Shown here piece by piece: positions 40,125 through 49,862 of a DNA stretch of 64,000 bases; the stretch's first letter is position 1; each line of letters begins with the position of its first letter. Source of the stretch: Lentisphaeria bacterium (GTDB lineage Bacteria > Verrucomicrobiota > Lentisphaeria > JABSQK01 > JAWLHB01); assembly GCA_041690595.1 (NCBI GenBank), contig JAWLHB010000004.1:124001-188000 (forward strand). The letters are read 5' to 3'. Both the position numbers and the translations under genes were made by a program. The notes under the pieces are model-generated. The model saw only the letters and a program-made list of their open reading frames with translations. It was not told where the DNA came from and did no database searches.

Positions 40125-41162
40125 ATGAATTACCTCGATGACACCCGCATCCTGATTACGGGCGGTACCGGTTCGCTTGGCAACAAGCTGACACGCATGA
40201 TCCTCAACAACAACCCCTCGGCAGTTGTCCTCATCTACAGCCGTGACGAGTTCAAGCAGTATGAGATGCAGCAGCGTTTCACGCCCGAAGAACGGCAGCG
40301 GCTGCGCTTCTTCCTCGGAGACGTCCGTGATCTGCCGCGCCTGACGCAGGCTGTCGAGGGAGCCCAGTATGTCATTCATACGGCTGCCCTGAAACAGGTA
40401 CCGGCAGCAGAGTACAACCCCTTCGAATTCGTCAAGACGAATGTCATTGGCGCGGAGAATGTCATTGGGGCGTCCCTCGCCAACAACGTACGGCATGTGG
40501 TAGCGCTGAGTACCGACAAGGCCGTCAATCCGGTCAACCTCTATGGCGCCACGAAGTTGTGCAGCGACAAGCTCTTCGTCTCGGGCAACAGCTACAGCGG
40601 CCGCCGCCAGACCCGCTTCAGCGTCGTTCGCTATGGCAATGTCGTCGGCAGCCGCGGCAGTGTCATTCCCTTCTTTCTGCGCCAGCGCAAGGAGGGCACG
40701 CTGCCGATAACCCACCGTGAGATGACCCGCTTCTGGATCACCCTCGAGCAGTCGGCGGCACTGGTCCTGAACGCGTTACGCGATATGCGCGGTGGCGAGA
40801 TCTTCGTCCCCAAAATTCCCAGTATGCGCCTGATGGACCTGGCTAACGTCATCGCGCCGGAATGTGAAAAGCCGGTTGTCGGCATTCGCCCGGGCGAAAA
40901 GCTCCACGAGATGATGATCCCGCCCGATGACGGCCGCATGACGAGCGAGTTCGAAAATCATTTCATCATCCGCCCCTCCATGCCCTTCTGGAACAAGGAA
41001 TGGACCACGCAGGCAGGTGGTATCGCTTGTGCGGATCGCTTCACCTTCGCCAGCGACAACAATCGCGAATGGCTGGAGGGTGAGCAGTTGGCCAGAATGA
41101 TCGCCGGGCTCGACCTGCCGGAAGCGATGGTGTGGGCGCAGGAACGAGGCATTGAAGTCTGA
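40125..41162 (+). CDS. pseB: UDP-N-acetylglucosamine 4,6-dehydratase (inverting)
   Basis: ITGGTGSLG, YSRDEFKQ, AALKQVPAAEYNP, STDKAVNPVNLYGATK, RYGNVVGSRGSV, MTRFWITL. Confidence 0.95.
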   Translation: MNYLDDTRILITGGTGSLGNKLTRMILNNNPSAVVLIYSRDEFKQYEMQQRFTPEERQRLRFFLGDVRDLPRLTQAVEGAQYVIHTAALKQVPAAEYNPFEFVKTNVIGAENVIGASLANNVRHVVALSTDKAVNPVNLYGATKLCSDKLFVSGNSYSGRRQTRFSVVRYGNVVGSRGSVIPFFLRQRKEGTLPITHREMTRFWITLEQSAALVLNALRDMRGGEIFVPKIPSMRLMDLANVIAPECEKPVVGIRPGEKLHEMMIPPDDGRMTSEFENHFIIRPSMPFWNKEWTTQAGGIACADRFTFASDNNREWLEGEQLARMIAGLDLPEAMVWAQERGIEV

Positions 41163-41164
41163 CC

Positions 41165-42322
41165 ATGGCTACCGACCCCGACTTCATCCCTTACGGAAGG
41201 CAGTCGATCGATGAGGCGGATATTGCGGCCGTGGTGGAGGTTCTGCGTAGCGACTACCTGACTACCGGGCCCATGATCGGTGCATTCGAGTCTGCGGTGG
41301 CAGCGTATACCGGTGCGGCGCATGGGGTGGCCGTCAACAGCGGTACTGCCGCGCTGCATGCCGCGCTGAGCGCGCTGAATCTGCAGCCCGGAGATGAGGT
41401 TGTGGTTCCCGCCATCACCTTTGCCGCCAGCGCCAACGCGGTCCTCTATGTAGGCGCGACCCCTGTCTTCGCGGATGTCGAGCCGGATACCCTCCTTCTG
41501 GACGTTGCCGATGCGGAACGTTGCATAGGCGCGCGCACCCGCGCCATCATTGCCGTGGATTATGCCGGCCATCCCTGCGACTATGGGCGACTGCGGCAAC
41601 TTGCCGACAAACATGCCCTGGCTCTCATCGCCGACGGCTGCCATGCGCTTGGCGCCCGCTGGCACGATCGGCCCGTCGGATCTTTGGCCGACATGACCGC
41701 TTTCAGCTTTCATCCGGTCAAGCATCTGACCACCGGCGAAGGTGGCATGGTCGTCACCGACGATGAGACTCTGGCCCGCGCCATGCGCCGCTTTCGCAGC
41801 CATGGCATCGATATCGATGCTGCCCAGCGACTGGCGAGCGGCACCTTCCGCTATGAGATGACGGAGCTTGGCTACAACTATCGCCTCACCGATCTGCAGT
41901 GCGCCCTTGGGCGCAGTCAACTCTCGAAGCAATCCGCCTGGCTGACCCGCCGGCAGGCAATCGCGCGTACCTACGATGAGGCCTTTGCGCGGGTGCCCGG
42001 GGTGACGCCGCTGGCGGTGCGCGCGCAGGTCAGCCACGCCTATCACCTGTACGTGGTTAGACTCGACAAGCAGTCTCCCAGCCTGAATCGGGATACCGCC
42101 TTCCAGACGCTGCGAAAGGCCAGAATCGGGGTCAACGTCCACTACCTGCCCGTCTACCTCCATCCCTATTACCAGCAGTTGGGCTACGCCGCCGGCCTCT
42201 GCCCATGCGCGGAAGCCGCGTACGAGGAGATCATCAGCCTGCCGATGTACCCAACCTTGGCCGACGACCAGGTGCAGCGGGTCATTCGCGAGGTCGGCAA
42301 CCTGGGAGCGCGCCACGGATGA
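41165..42322 (+). CDS. pseC: UDP-4-amino-4,6-dideoxy-N-acetyl-beta-L-altrosamine transaminase
   Basis: FIPYGRQSIDEADI, FSFHPVKHLTTGEGG, LGYNYRLTDLQCALG. Confidence 0.93.
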   Translation: MATDPDFIPYGRQSIDEADIAAVVEVLRSDYLTTGPMIGAFESAVAAYTGAAHGVAVNSGTAALHAALSALNLQPGDEVVVPAITFAASANAVLYVGATPVFADVEPDTLLLDVADAERCIGARTRAIIAVDYAGHPCDYGRLRQLADKHALALIADGCHALGARWHDRPVGSLADMTAFSFHPVKHLTTGEGGMVVTDDETLARAMRRFRSHGIDIDAAQRLASGTFRYEMTELGYNYRLTDLQCALGRSQLSKQSAWLTRRQAIARTYDEAFARVPGVTPLAVRAQVSHAYHLYVVRLDKQSPSLNRDTAFQTLRKARIGVNVHYLPVYLHPYYQQLGYAAGLCPCAEAAYEEIISLPMYPTLADDQVQRVIREVGNLGARHG

Positions 42323-43098
42323 AGGTTGTCTGCATCATACAGGCGCGCCTCGGCAGCACGCGGCTTCCCGGCAAAATGCTTCTGCAATTGCATGATCGTC
42401 CGGTGATCGAGTGGGCCGTCCTGCGCTCGCGCATGTGTGTCAGGGTGGACGATACTGTCGTTGCGACCACTGACCAACCGACCGACGACCCGCTTGCAGC
42501 CTGGTGCCGGTCGAACGACGTGCCGGTCTATCGTGGCTCGGAGAATGATGTACTGGATCGGGTTTATCAATGCGCGCTGACGTTTGCACCGACCCATGTG
42601 ATACGGGCTACCGGCGATGCGCCCTTCAATGATCCGCGTATTACGGATCGACTGGTGTCGCTCTACGATGAAGATCCGGATCTGGAATATACCAGCACCG
42701 CGCGCCTCAACCGCATGACCTTTCCCGAAGGCATCGGCTGCGAATGCATGCCCATGCGCATTCTCAGCCGGATGGCTGCCGAGGCGACGCTACCCAGCCA
42801 CCGCGAGCATGTCACCCCGTATGTCCGTTATCAACCGGAAGTCTTCCGCCATCGCCATATCGAGGCGCCTCCCGGTTACGCCGATCTGCGCCTGACAATC
42901 GATTACCGGGACGATCTGGAAGCCATGAGCGAACTTGCTCGGCGCCTTGCCATTCGGGGGCTGAGTCCCGGCTTCAGCCTGGAAGAGATGAAGGCGGTGC
43001 TTGACGAGGATGCCGCTTTCCGGGAACGTCTCAGCGGCAAGCCTCGGGACGCCTGGCGCAAACAGGTCGAAGCCGAGGAAGGACGGAGCCTTGACTGA
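42319..43098 (+). CDS. SpsF-type cytidylyltransferase (probable CMP-Pse synthetase, PseF role)
   Basis: IIQARLGSTRLPGK, RGSENDVLDR, REHVTPY, LRLTIDYRDD; ATGA overlap with pseC. Confidence 0.88.
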   Translation: MKVVCIIQARLGSTRLPGKMLLQLHDRPVIEWAVLRSRMCVRVDDTVVATTDQPTDDPLAAWCRSNDVPVYRGSENDVLDRVYQCALTFAPTHVIRATGDAPFNDPRITDRLVSLYDEDPDLEYTSTARLNRMTFPEGIGCECMPMRILSRMAAEATLPSHREHVTPYVRYQPEVFRHRHIEAPPGYADLRLTIDYRDDLEAMSELARRLAIRGLSPGFSLEEMKAVLDEDAAFRERLSGKPRDAWRKQVEAEEGRSLD

Positions 43099-44116
43099 TC
43101 TCATCATCCGCGCGGACGGGGGGGCGACCATTGGAGCAGGGCACCTGATGCGCTGTCTCGCCCTGGCGGCGGAATGGCGGCGCCGAGGCGGCCGGGTAAC
43201 CCTGCTGAGCGATGCACCGGCGGCACTCCTGGCGCCGTACGTGGGGCTGAAGGCCACGATCATTCCCTGCCCGGATGCCGCCCCGGAGCTGCTGCGCACC
43301 TGTTTGCGCGACATGCCTCCCGCCTGGGTGGTGCTTGATGGCTACCACTTCACCGTGGAGCACCAGCGAGCCGTACGTGCGGCCGGACACTGGCTGCTGC
43401 TCCTCGACGACATGGGTATCCTGCCAGCGTACGAGGCACACCTCCTGCTCAATCAGAATGTCGACGCCCATGTGCTTCGCCGAAAGTATCCGGCTGACGC
43501 GGACTGTCTGCTCGGGACGCGTTATGTCCTGCTGCGCGAGGATTTTGCCGGCCAACCGCCACCGGAAAGGCACTTCTCCGGTATCGCGAGGCGGCTGTTG
43601 TTGACCATGGGGGGCGCCGATCCGCAGGACCTCACCTCCCGGTTTCTGAAGCTCTTCAATCGGATCTCCGCGGAAACTCTGGAGATCGCGGTCCTGGCAG
43701 GTGGGGCCAACCGTCATCTGGAGAGCATCGAGCAAGCTGCCGGGGCAAGCCGTCACAAGGTGGCAATCTGGCGGAATTCGGATACAGTAAGGGAGCATAT
43801 GGAAGCCGCGGAGCTGGCGGTTTCCGCCGTGGGGATTACCTGCTACGAGATGGCTTACCTGGGACTACCCTCAGTGATTGTTCCCTATGCGCGGAATCAA
43901 TATGGCGCCGCGGAATACCTGCATCGTCATGGCATCATGAAGAGTCTCGGCCCTTCGGCGGAATTGGACGAAACCAAGGCCAGTGAAGAGATTGCAGCGT
44001 TGCTCGAGCAGCCGGCTCAGCGGGAAGCACTGAGTATCGCCGGAGTACAATTGGTGGATGGCCGAGGTGCGGCCAGAGTCACAGAGGAGATGATTGCACG
44101 GCATGGAAACCTTTGA
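43091..44116 (+). CDS. pseG: UDP-2,4-diacetamido-2,4,6-trideoxy-beta-L-altropyranose hydrolase
   Basis: IRADGGATIGAGHLMRCLALA, VLDGY, TMGGADP, VDGRGAARV; TTG start after GGAG. Confidence 0.9.
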   Translation: MTDLIIRADGGATIGAGHLMRCLALAAEWRRRGGRVTLLSDAPAALLAPYVGLKATIIPCPDAAPELLRTCLRDMPPAWVVLDGYHFTVEHQRAVRAAGHWLLLLDDMGILPAYEAHLLLNQNVDAHVLRRKYPADADCLLGTRYVLLREDFAGQPPPERHFSGIARRLLLTMGGADPQDLTSRFLKLFNRISAETLEIAVLAGGANRHLESIEQAAGASRHKVAIWRNSDTVREHMEAAELAVSAVGITCYEMAYLGLPSVIVPYARNQYGAAEYLHRHGIMKSLGPSAELDETKASEEIAALLEQPAQREALSIAGVQLVDGRGAARVTEEMIARHGNL

Positions 44117-44690
44117 CCTGTTGGATTTTCGCCCCTTTGCTCCACCCGATATGGAACTGGTGCGCCGCTGGCGCAATTCCCCGGCAGTCGCCGAGTACAT
44201 GATGTCGGATCGGGTGATATCGCCGGAGGAGCATGAGAAGTGGTTCATGCGCATGATCGAGGATCCTCGCCAGCGATACTGGGTGGTGAGCTATCTGGGC
44301 AAGGATGCGGGAGTCATGTATGTCTACAACATCGACAGCGAAAACTCGCGCTGCTACGTGGGTGACTACATTGGCGAACCCAGTCTGCAGCGTCACAAAG
44401 GCATCGGGGCCTTCATAGCCTATGCCTTCGTCGCCTACGGCTTCGACGTGCTGAATTCTCATAAGATCTGCGGCGAGGTGCTCAGTTCGAATCCGAACAG
44501 TCTCAAGTTGCACATGCGGTTCGGCTTCAAGAACGAAGGTGTGCTTCGCGAACAGATCCGCAAGGGCGATCGCTGGGATGACCTGGTGCTCCTGGGGCTG
44601 CTGCGCAGCGAATGGGAGGTGATTCAGCCAGAGTGGAAGGAACGCCTTCAGCAGCTGGCCACACGACTTCGGGAACGGGAGGCGCGTTGA
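44103..44690 (+). CDS. pseH: UDP-4-amino-sugar N-acetyltransferase
   Basis: LVRRWRNSPAV...ISPEEHEKWF, HKICGEVL, FGFKNEGVLR; position in pse cluster. Confidence 0.88.
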   Translation: METFDLLDFRPFAPPDMELVRRWRNSPAVAEYMMSDRVISPEEHEKWFMRMIEDPRQRYWVVSYLGKDAGVMYVYNIDSENSRCYVGDYIGEPSLQRHKGIGAFIAYAFVAYGFDVLNSHKICGEVLSSNPNSLKLHMRFGFKNEGVLREQIRKGDRWDDLVLLGLLRSEWEVIQPEWKERLQQLATRLREREAR

Positions 44691-44694
44691 CCAG

Positions 44695-45390
44695 ATGGGA
44701 TTGCCGACCAATCATTATCTCCTTGCCGCCTGTCGGTCGGCATACCGTGACACCATCGTTGCGGCGGCCTTCCCGGAAAATTGGCATCTGGTCAGCAATC
44801 GTGATGAACTGGCCCAGGCCCTGACTGCGGTCGAGCCCCGCTACATCTTCTTTCTGCACTGGTCCTGGATCGTGCCGGCGGAACTGCTCGATCATTGGGA
44901 ATGCGTCTGCTTTCACATGACCGACGTCCCCTTCGGGCGGGGAGGAAGCCCGCTGCAGAACCTGATCTCCCGCGGGCACCGCGGCACCAAACTAAGCGCC
45001 CTGCGCATGACTGACGAGATCGACGCAGGCCCGGTATACCTGAAGGAAGAGCTGTCGCTGGAAGGGGGGACAGCGGAAGAGATTTACTTGCGCGCCTGCC
45101 GCCTTTCACTGGCGATGGCCCGCCGGATTGCCGATAGGGAGCCGACACCCCTGCCGCAAAACGGCGAACCGACAATCTTCCCGCGCCGGAAGGCGGCTGA
45201 AAGCGAGATCGGTGAACTTCCCGATCTGCTCAGCCTGCACGATTTTATCCGTATGCTCGATGCGGAAGGCTATCCCAAGGCATTCGTCAGCCATCGCGGT
45301 TTCCGCCTCGAGTTTTCCCGCTCGGCCCTTTATCATGATCGCCTTGTGGCCGACGTCACCATTACCCGCGAAGAGAGAGAAGAAAGATGA
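44695..45390 (+). CDS. Fmt-like (sugar N-)formyltransferase
   Basis: FFLHWSWIVP, FHMTDVPFGRGGSPLQNLI, DEIDAG, IRMLDAEGYPKAF. Confidence 0.82.
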   Translation: MGLPTNHYLLAACRSAYRDTIVAAAFPENWHLVSNRDELAQALTAVEPRYIFFLHWSWIVPAELLDHWECVCFHMTDVPFGRGGSPLQNLISRGHRGTKLSALRMTDEIDAGPVYLKEELSLEGGTAEEIYLRACRLSLAMARRIADREPTPLPQNGEPTIFPRRKAAESEIGELPDLLSLHDFIRMLDAEGYPKAFVSHRGFRLEFSRSALYHDRLVADVTITREEREER

Positions 45391-46064
45391 CCATACTTGT
45401 GCTGGCAGCCCATCCCGATGACGAAGTGCTTGGTGCCGGCGGTACGATTTCCCGCCATGTTCGCGACGGCGATGAGGTGCACGTGGCCATTCTCGGCGAA
45501 GGCATCACCTCCCGATATGAGCAGCGTCAGGATGCCGACGCTACGAACCTGCGGGAACTCAACGCCGACAGCCGCCGCGTGGCCGACTTCCTCGGCGCTC
45601 ATCACCACGCTTTCGACTTGCCTGACAATCGCTTCGACACCATCCCCCTGCTCGACATCACCAAGATCATCGAGCGCCTGATTGATGAGATTCAGCCCGA
45701 GCTTGTCTTTACCCAGCATGGGGGTGACCTGAACATCGACCACGTGATGCTCTTTCGCGCCACCCTGACCGCTACCCGTCCCATGGCGGATTGCCCCGTC
45801 AGAGGGGTCTATGCTTACGAAGTCAATTCCTCGTCGGAGTGGGCCTTTCAGCAGTTCAGCCCCCCCTTTCGGCCGAACCTCTTCGTGGACATCGGCAGCA
45901 CAATCGAGCGCAAGATCGAAGCCATGGCCATGTACGAGAGCGAAGCGCGCGCCTTTCCGCATCCACGTTCGGCCGAGGCGTTGCGGGCTGCCGCACGCAA
46001 ATGGGGCAGCACCGTCGGGGTCGCTGCCGCCGAGGCATTTCAGATCATTCGCGAACGACGCTAA
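45387..46064 (+). CDS. PIG-L/LmbE family N-deacetylase
   Basis: AAHPDDEVLGAGGT, THxxDxxxDH-type motif (TQHGGDLNIDH), HPRS, AEAF. Confidence 0.9.
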   Translation: MTILVLAAHPDDEVLGAGGTISRHVRDGDEVHVAILGEGITSRYEQRQDADATNLRELNADSRRVADFLGAHHHAFDLPDNRFDTIPLLDITKIIERLIDEIQPELVFTQHGGDLNIDHVMLFRATLTATRPMADCPVRGVYAYEVNSSSEWAFQQFSPPFRPNLFVDIGSTIERKIEAMAMYESEARAFPHPRSAEALRAAARKWGSTVGVAAAEAFQIIRERR

Positions 46065-46076
46065 GCGAGGTTGAAG

Positions 46077-47129
46077 ATGGCGCAGATGACACTTCTCGAC
46101 CGCGAGATAGGGCCGGAGCATCCCGTCTACATCATTGCGGAGATGTCGGGCAATCACAACCAGGACTACGATCGGGCGGTAGCCATTCTCGAGGCGGCTC
46201 ATGCGGCCGGTGCCGATGCCGTGAAGCTGCAGACCTATACCGCCGATACCATGACCATCGACTGCGATGCCGAGCCCTTTGTGTTGCCAGACTCCACCAT
46301 CTGGAGCGGCCGCAATCTGCATGACCTCTATGGTGAGGCCAACACGCCGTGGGAGTGGCACCCAGAACTAAAGGCGCGGGCGGATGAACTGGGCCTGCAC
46401 CTCTTTTCGTCACCCTTCGATTCGACAGCCGTCGATTTTCTCGAGCAACTCGGAGTACCCGCATACAAGGTCGCCTCCTTCGAGCTGAACGACCTTCCGC
46501 TCCTGCGCCGGATTGCGGCCACGGGAAAGCCAGTCATTGCTTCCACCGGCATGGCGACGCTGGGCGAGATCGATGAGGCGGTGCGAACGTTGCGGGAGAA
46601 CGGCTGCCGCGAGCTGGCCCTGCTCAAGTGCTGCAGCAGCTATCCCGCCGATCCCGCCGCCATGAATCTGAGCACCATCCCGCATCTCGGGGCTGCTTTC
46701 GACGTCGTGGCGGGGCTTTCCGATCACACCATGGACGTCGCGGTGCCCGTTGCCGCGGTGACCATGGGGGCGAGGATCATCGAGAAGCACCTCACCCTCG
46801 ATCGCGCCGCCGGCGGACCGGACAGTGCGTTCTCTCTGGAACCGCATGAGTTCCGCGTCATGGTCGATGCTGTCCGCGTAGCGGAGCAGGCAGTCGGCAA
46901 GGTCTCCTACAAGTTGACGGAGAGCGAGCAGGTGAGCCGCGCCTATCGTCGTTCGATTTTTGTGGTGCAGGACATTCATCCGGGCGGACTGCTCACGCCC
47001 CAGAACATCCGCGTCATTCGCCCGGGGAACGGCCTGGAGCCGAAGTACCTCGACATTGTTCTCGGCCGGCGTGCGGCGCGCGAGCTGAAGCGCGGCACGC
47101 CTCTTGGTTGGGAGATGCTCCAGTCGTGA
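46077..47129 (+). CDS. pseI: Pseudaminic acid synthase
   Basis: IAEMSGNHN, KLQTYTADT, TPWEWH, GLSDHT, IEKHLTL, C-terminal SAF domain IRPGNGL. Confidence 0.95.
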   Translation: MAQMTLLDREIGPEHPVYIIAEMSGNHNQDYDRAVAILEAAHAAGADAVKLQTYTADTMTIDCDAEPFVLPDSTIWSGRNLHDLYGEANTPWEWHPELKARADELGLHLFSSPFDSTAVDFLEQLGVPAYKVASFELNDLPLLRRIAATGKPVIASTGMATLGEIDEAVRTLRENGCRELALLKCCSSYPADPAAMNLSTIPHLGAAFDVVAGLSDHTMDVAVPVAAVTMGARIIEKHLTLDRAAGGPDSAFSLEPHEFRVMVDAVRVAEQAVGKVSYKLTESEQVSRAYRRSIFVVQDIHPGGLLTPQNIRVIRPGNGLEPKYLDIVLGRRAARELKRGTPLGWEMLQS

Positions 47130-48184
47130 ACCCTTCTGTCAATGCCATGGATACGGATCGCCGCTACGAACGCTTCCTCGGGTCGCTTCCGCCCATCGAA
47201 CTCATGACGGAGATCAAGGATGAGGTCGATACATACGGCATCCGCCAGTACATCGCGGGCAAAATCGGCAGGCGGGTCGATGGCCGTTCGTTCAATTCCT
47301 GGCGGCACGGATGGTCGCCGTACCGCGGTGTTCGCTATCCCGAGCAGATCGTTGGGCGTTGCGGTTTCTGTTTCAATCATCTGGTCATCGACGATGGGCA
47401 GAAGGAAGCACTGGAGAGGTTGGGGCGGCGCAACGTGCATGCGGTGGGGCTGCCGTTCATCTATATCGACGAGCCGGCGCCCGAGCGGATTCCCGACAGT
47501 CTGCTCTTCATGCCATCGCACGGTCAAACGCGCCGAGCGAAAGGTGGCGAGTTGGAGGACATCCAGCTCCGCAACCTCAACGATCGCGCCATCTTTGACT
47601 ATGCTCTCGCCTTGCGTGACCGCTTCAAGTTCGTCGTCATCTGCCTTCATGGTTCCGACTACCGCCAGATGCAGCCGCTCATCGACGCGTACCGCAAGCA
47701 AGGGGTCTATACCGTTCTGGGCGCCACGGGGTTGGACCGCAATGCGCTGGTGCGCATGCATCGTCTCTTTCATTCCTTCGAGTACGTGACCAGCAACGGC
47801 ATCGGCTCGCAGCTGGTCTATGGCAATCTTTGCGGCTGCAAGACCACCATTGCGGGCGACTATCTCGAGTACGAGAAGGAAGATTTCGTCGGTTTGCGCG
47901 AAATCGAGGCCAGGCCCGAAATCCGGGACGACATGATCGCCTTCTATCGCGAGAAAAACATGCGCCAGGTGCTTGGTTTCCTCTTTGCCGACGACCCGCG
48001 GGAGGGGCGGGTTCACACGGCGTGGGCCGCGGAGCAGGCCGGCCTCGCCCATCGCCGTTCCTATGAAGAGATCTGCGAGCTGCTCGACTGTGGGTGGCCT
48101 CGGCAGGTGATCGGCTATTGCGGGCGAGCCTGCAATAAGCTGGAACGGCTGCTTTCCCGGCGGAACGGCCATGGAAACGACTGA
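47126..48184 (+). CDS. Hypothetical protein in pse cluster, possible GT-B-like transferase
   Basis: GTGA overlap with pseI stop (alternative ATG 47147); WRHGW, LLFMPSH, VICLH, VTSNGIGSQ. Confidence 0.6.
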   Translation: MNPSVNAMDTDRRYERFLGSLPPIELMTEIKDEVDTYGIRQYIAGKIGRRVDGRSFNSWRHGWSPYRGVRYPEQIVGRCGFCFNHLVIDDGQKEALERLGRRNVHAVGLPFIYIDEPAPERIPDSLLFMPSHGQTRRAKGGELEDIQLRNLNDRAIFDYALALRDRFKFVVICLHGSDYRQMQPLIDAYRKQGVYTVLGATGLDRNALVRMHRLFHSFEYVTSNGIGSQLVYGNLCGCKTTIAGDYLEYEKEDFVGLREIEARPEIRDDMIAFYREKNMRQVLGFLFADDPREGRVHTAWAAEQAGLAHRRSYEEICELLDCGWPRQVIGYCGRACNKLERLLSRRNGHGND

Positions 48185-49211
48185 GACTCCAACCGTCTTC
48201 TACATCGAACACCCGCACTGGCATGGGCTTGGCTACCTGCTGACGGAGCTGCCCACGGTGCCGCTGCACAACCTTTGGGATCTTCTCCGCTGGACCTTCC
48301 GCCGCAAACCACGGCCGCTCCTGATTGCGGTGGATAGTTTTGGCAAGTGGGGGGCGCTTGCCTGCCTGGCGTCGGTGCTCTGGCGAGCGCCCATGGTGCT
48401 CTGGGTCAACGGCGAGTATTTCAAGGAGCAACGGGAGGTTCTCCTGGCGCAGCGTGGAGTCCTGAGATGGTTCAGCTACGTGTGGCGATTGCTGGCGGGG
48501 TGGATGGCTTTCTCGAAAGCACGGCTCATCGTTCCCAATTCAGCGCATATACTCGGCACCCTCCCCGATCGTGTGAAGGGCAAGGCGGGCGCCATCGTGC
48601 ATCCGCCCTTTCGCCGGCCCGCAAGCCCTGAAACCTCGGTACCACCGTCATCGCTGCCCGCGGCGGGCGTGCATCTGCTCACCGTCATGAATCTCGATTT
48701 CAGCTCCAAGACCGAACTGACTCGTGAGGCCATCGCCTCCTGGCTGGCACCGGCAGTATACGACGAGATGAACGTGACCTGGGCGCTCTGCGGTGACGGC
48801 CTGCAGATGGCCAGCTTTCGCGCCGCCATCTGCGAGGCGGGCTTGCAGGAGCGGGTGAAGCTGCTGGGCAAGATAGACAATGTCGCGGCGGCCTATGAGT
48901 GGTGTCATGTGCTGGTGCACCTGACGCGACTCGATGCCTTTCCGAGGGTGGTGATGGAGGCTCATGCGGCCGGCAAACCGGTCATCACCAACAGCGACAG
49001 TTGCGGTGTGCGCGAGCAGGTATTCCACGAAGAGACCGGCCTGGTTGTCGATGGGCCAACCGCCTTCGAGGCTGCTGTTCGTCGCTATGCCGCTGATTCG
49101 GAGCTGGCGCGGCGTCATGGCGAGAATGGCCGCCGCCAGGTGGAGTCCAGCTTCCTGATCGAGCACCAGCGCGTTCGCATGAGCGAGCAGCTCCGCCGAC
49201 TCAACGGTTGA
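48171..49211 (+). CDS. Glycosyltransferase family 4
   Basis: VKLLG, DAFPRVVMEAHAAGKPVI, EETGLVV. Confidence 0.85.
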   Translation: METTETPTVFYIEHPHWHGLGYLLTELPTVPLHNLWDLLRWTFRRKPRPLLIAVDSFGKWGALACLASVLWRAPMVLWVNGEYFKEQREVLLAQRGVLRWFSYVWRLLAGWMAFSKARLIVPNSAHILGTLPDRVKGKAGAIVHPPFRRPASPETSVPPSSLPAAGVHLLTVMNLDFSSKTELTREAIASWLAPAVYDEMNVTWALCGDGLQMASFRAAICEAGLQERVKLLGKIDNVAAAYEWCHVLVHLTRLDAFPRVVMEAHAAGKPVITNSDSCGVREQVFHEETGLVVDGPTAFEAAVRRYAADSELARRHGENGRRQVESSFLIEHQRVRMSEQLRRLNG

Positions 49212-49288
49212 TCTGCCGTTGCATTTGCTCTTGTGAAAAAAAGCATTATACATTTAGCTGTCCAAGCCAAGAAAAAGGAGGACCAACC

Positions 49289-49798
49289 GTGAATGAAGAG
49301 AATCCCTACGCACCTCCATCCGCCGATCAGCCCTTCATCGACGAACAGATAGCCGAGGGCGGCGCCCCACTTGCCTCCCGCTGGCGTCGACTGGGCGCGG
49401 CACTCCTCGACACGTTGGCCCTTCTGGTGATCCAGTTTCCGTTGCTTTTCGCCTTTGGGTGGTTCAGCTTTGACAATCCGGGTGGGATCGCCGCTTCCGA
49501 GCAGATATTGGGCAGCATGCTTGGCCTGCTGATCTTCTTCGCCCTCAATATCTTCCTTCTTACCACGCGCGGGCAGACCATTGGCAAGATGCTCACCGGT
49601 ATTCGCATTGTGGACAACGATACGGAAGAGATCCCTCCCATCGCGCGCATCTACGGCATCCGCTACCTGTTGTTTCAGCTCTTCGGCGCCGTACCGTTCC
49701 TGAATATCATCAATCTGGTCGACGTCCTCTTCATCTTCCGCCAGGACCGGCGATGCATTCATGATCTGTGGGCCAACACGATCGTAGTCATGGCCTGA
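49289..49798 (+). CDS. RDD family membrane protein
   Basis: NPYAPP, LASRWRRLGAALLD, GQTIGKMLTGIRIVD, RRCIHDLWANTIVV; GTG after AAGGAGG. Confidence 0.9.
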   Translation: MNEENPYAPPSADQPFIDEQIAEGGAPLASRWRRLGAALLDTLALLVIQFPLLFAFGWFSFDNPGGIAASEQILGSMLGLLIFFALNIFLLTTRGQTIGKMLTGIRIVDNDTEEIPPIARIYGIRYLLFQLFGAVPFLNIINLVDVLFIFRQDRRCIHDLWANTIVVMA

Positions 49799-49862
49799 GC
49801 AACGCGATGGACGGGGCCGTGACCGGTTGACAGGATGGCTTCGCGGGCTTACTCTCACTACC

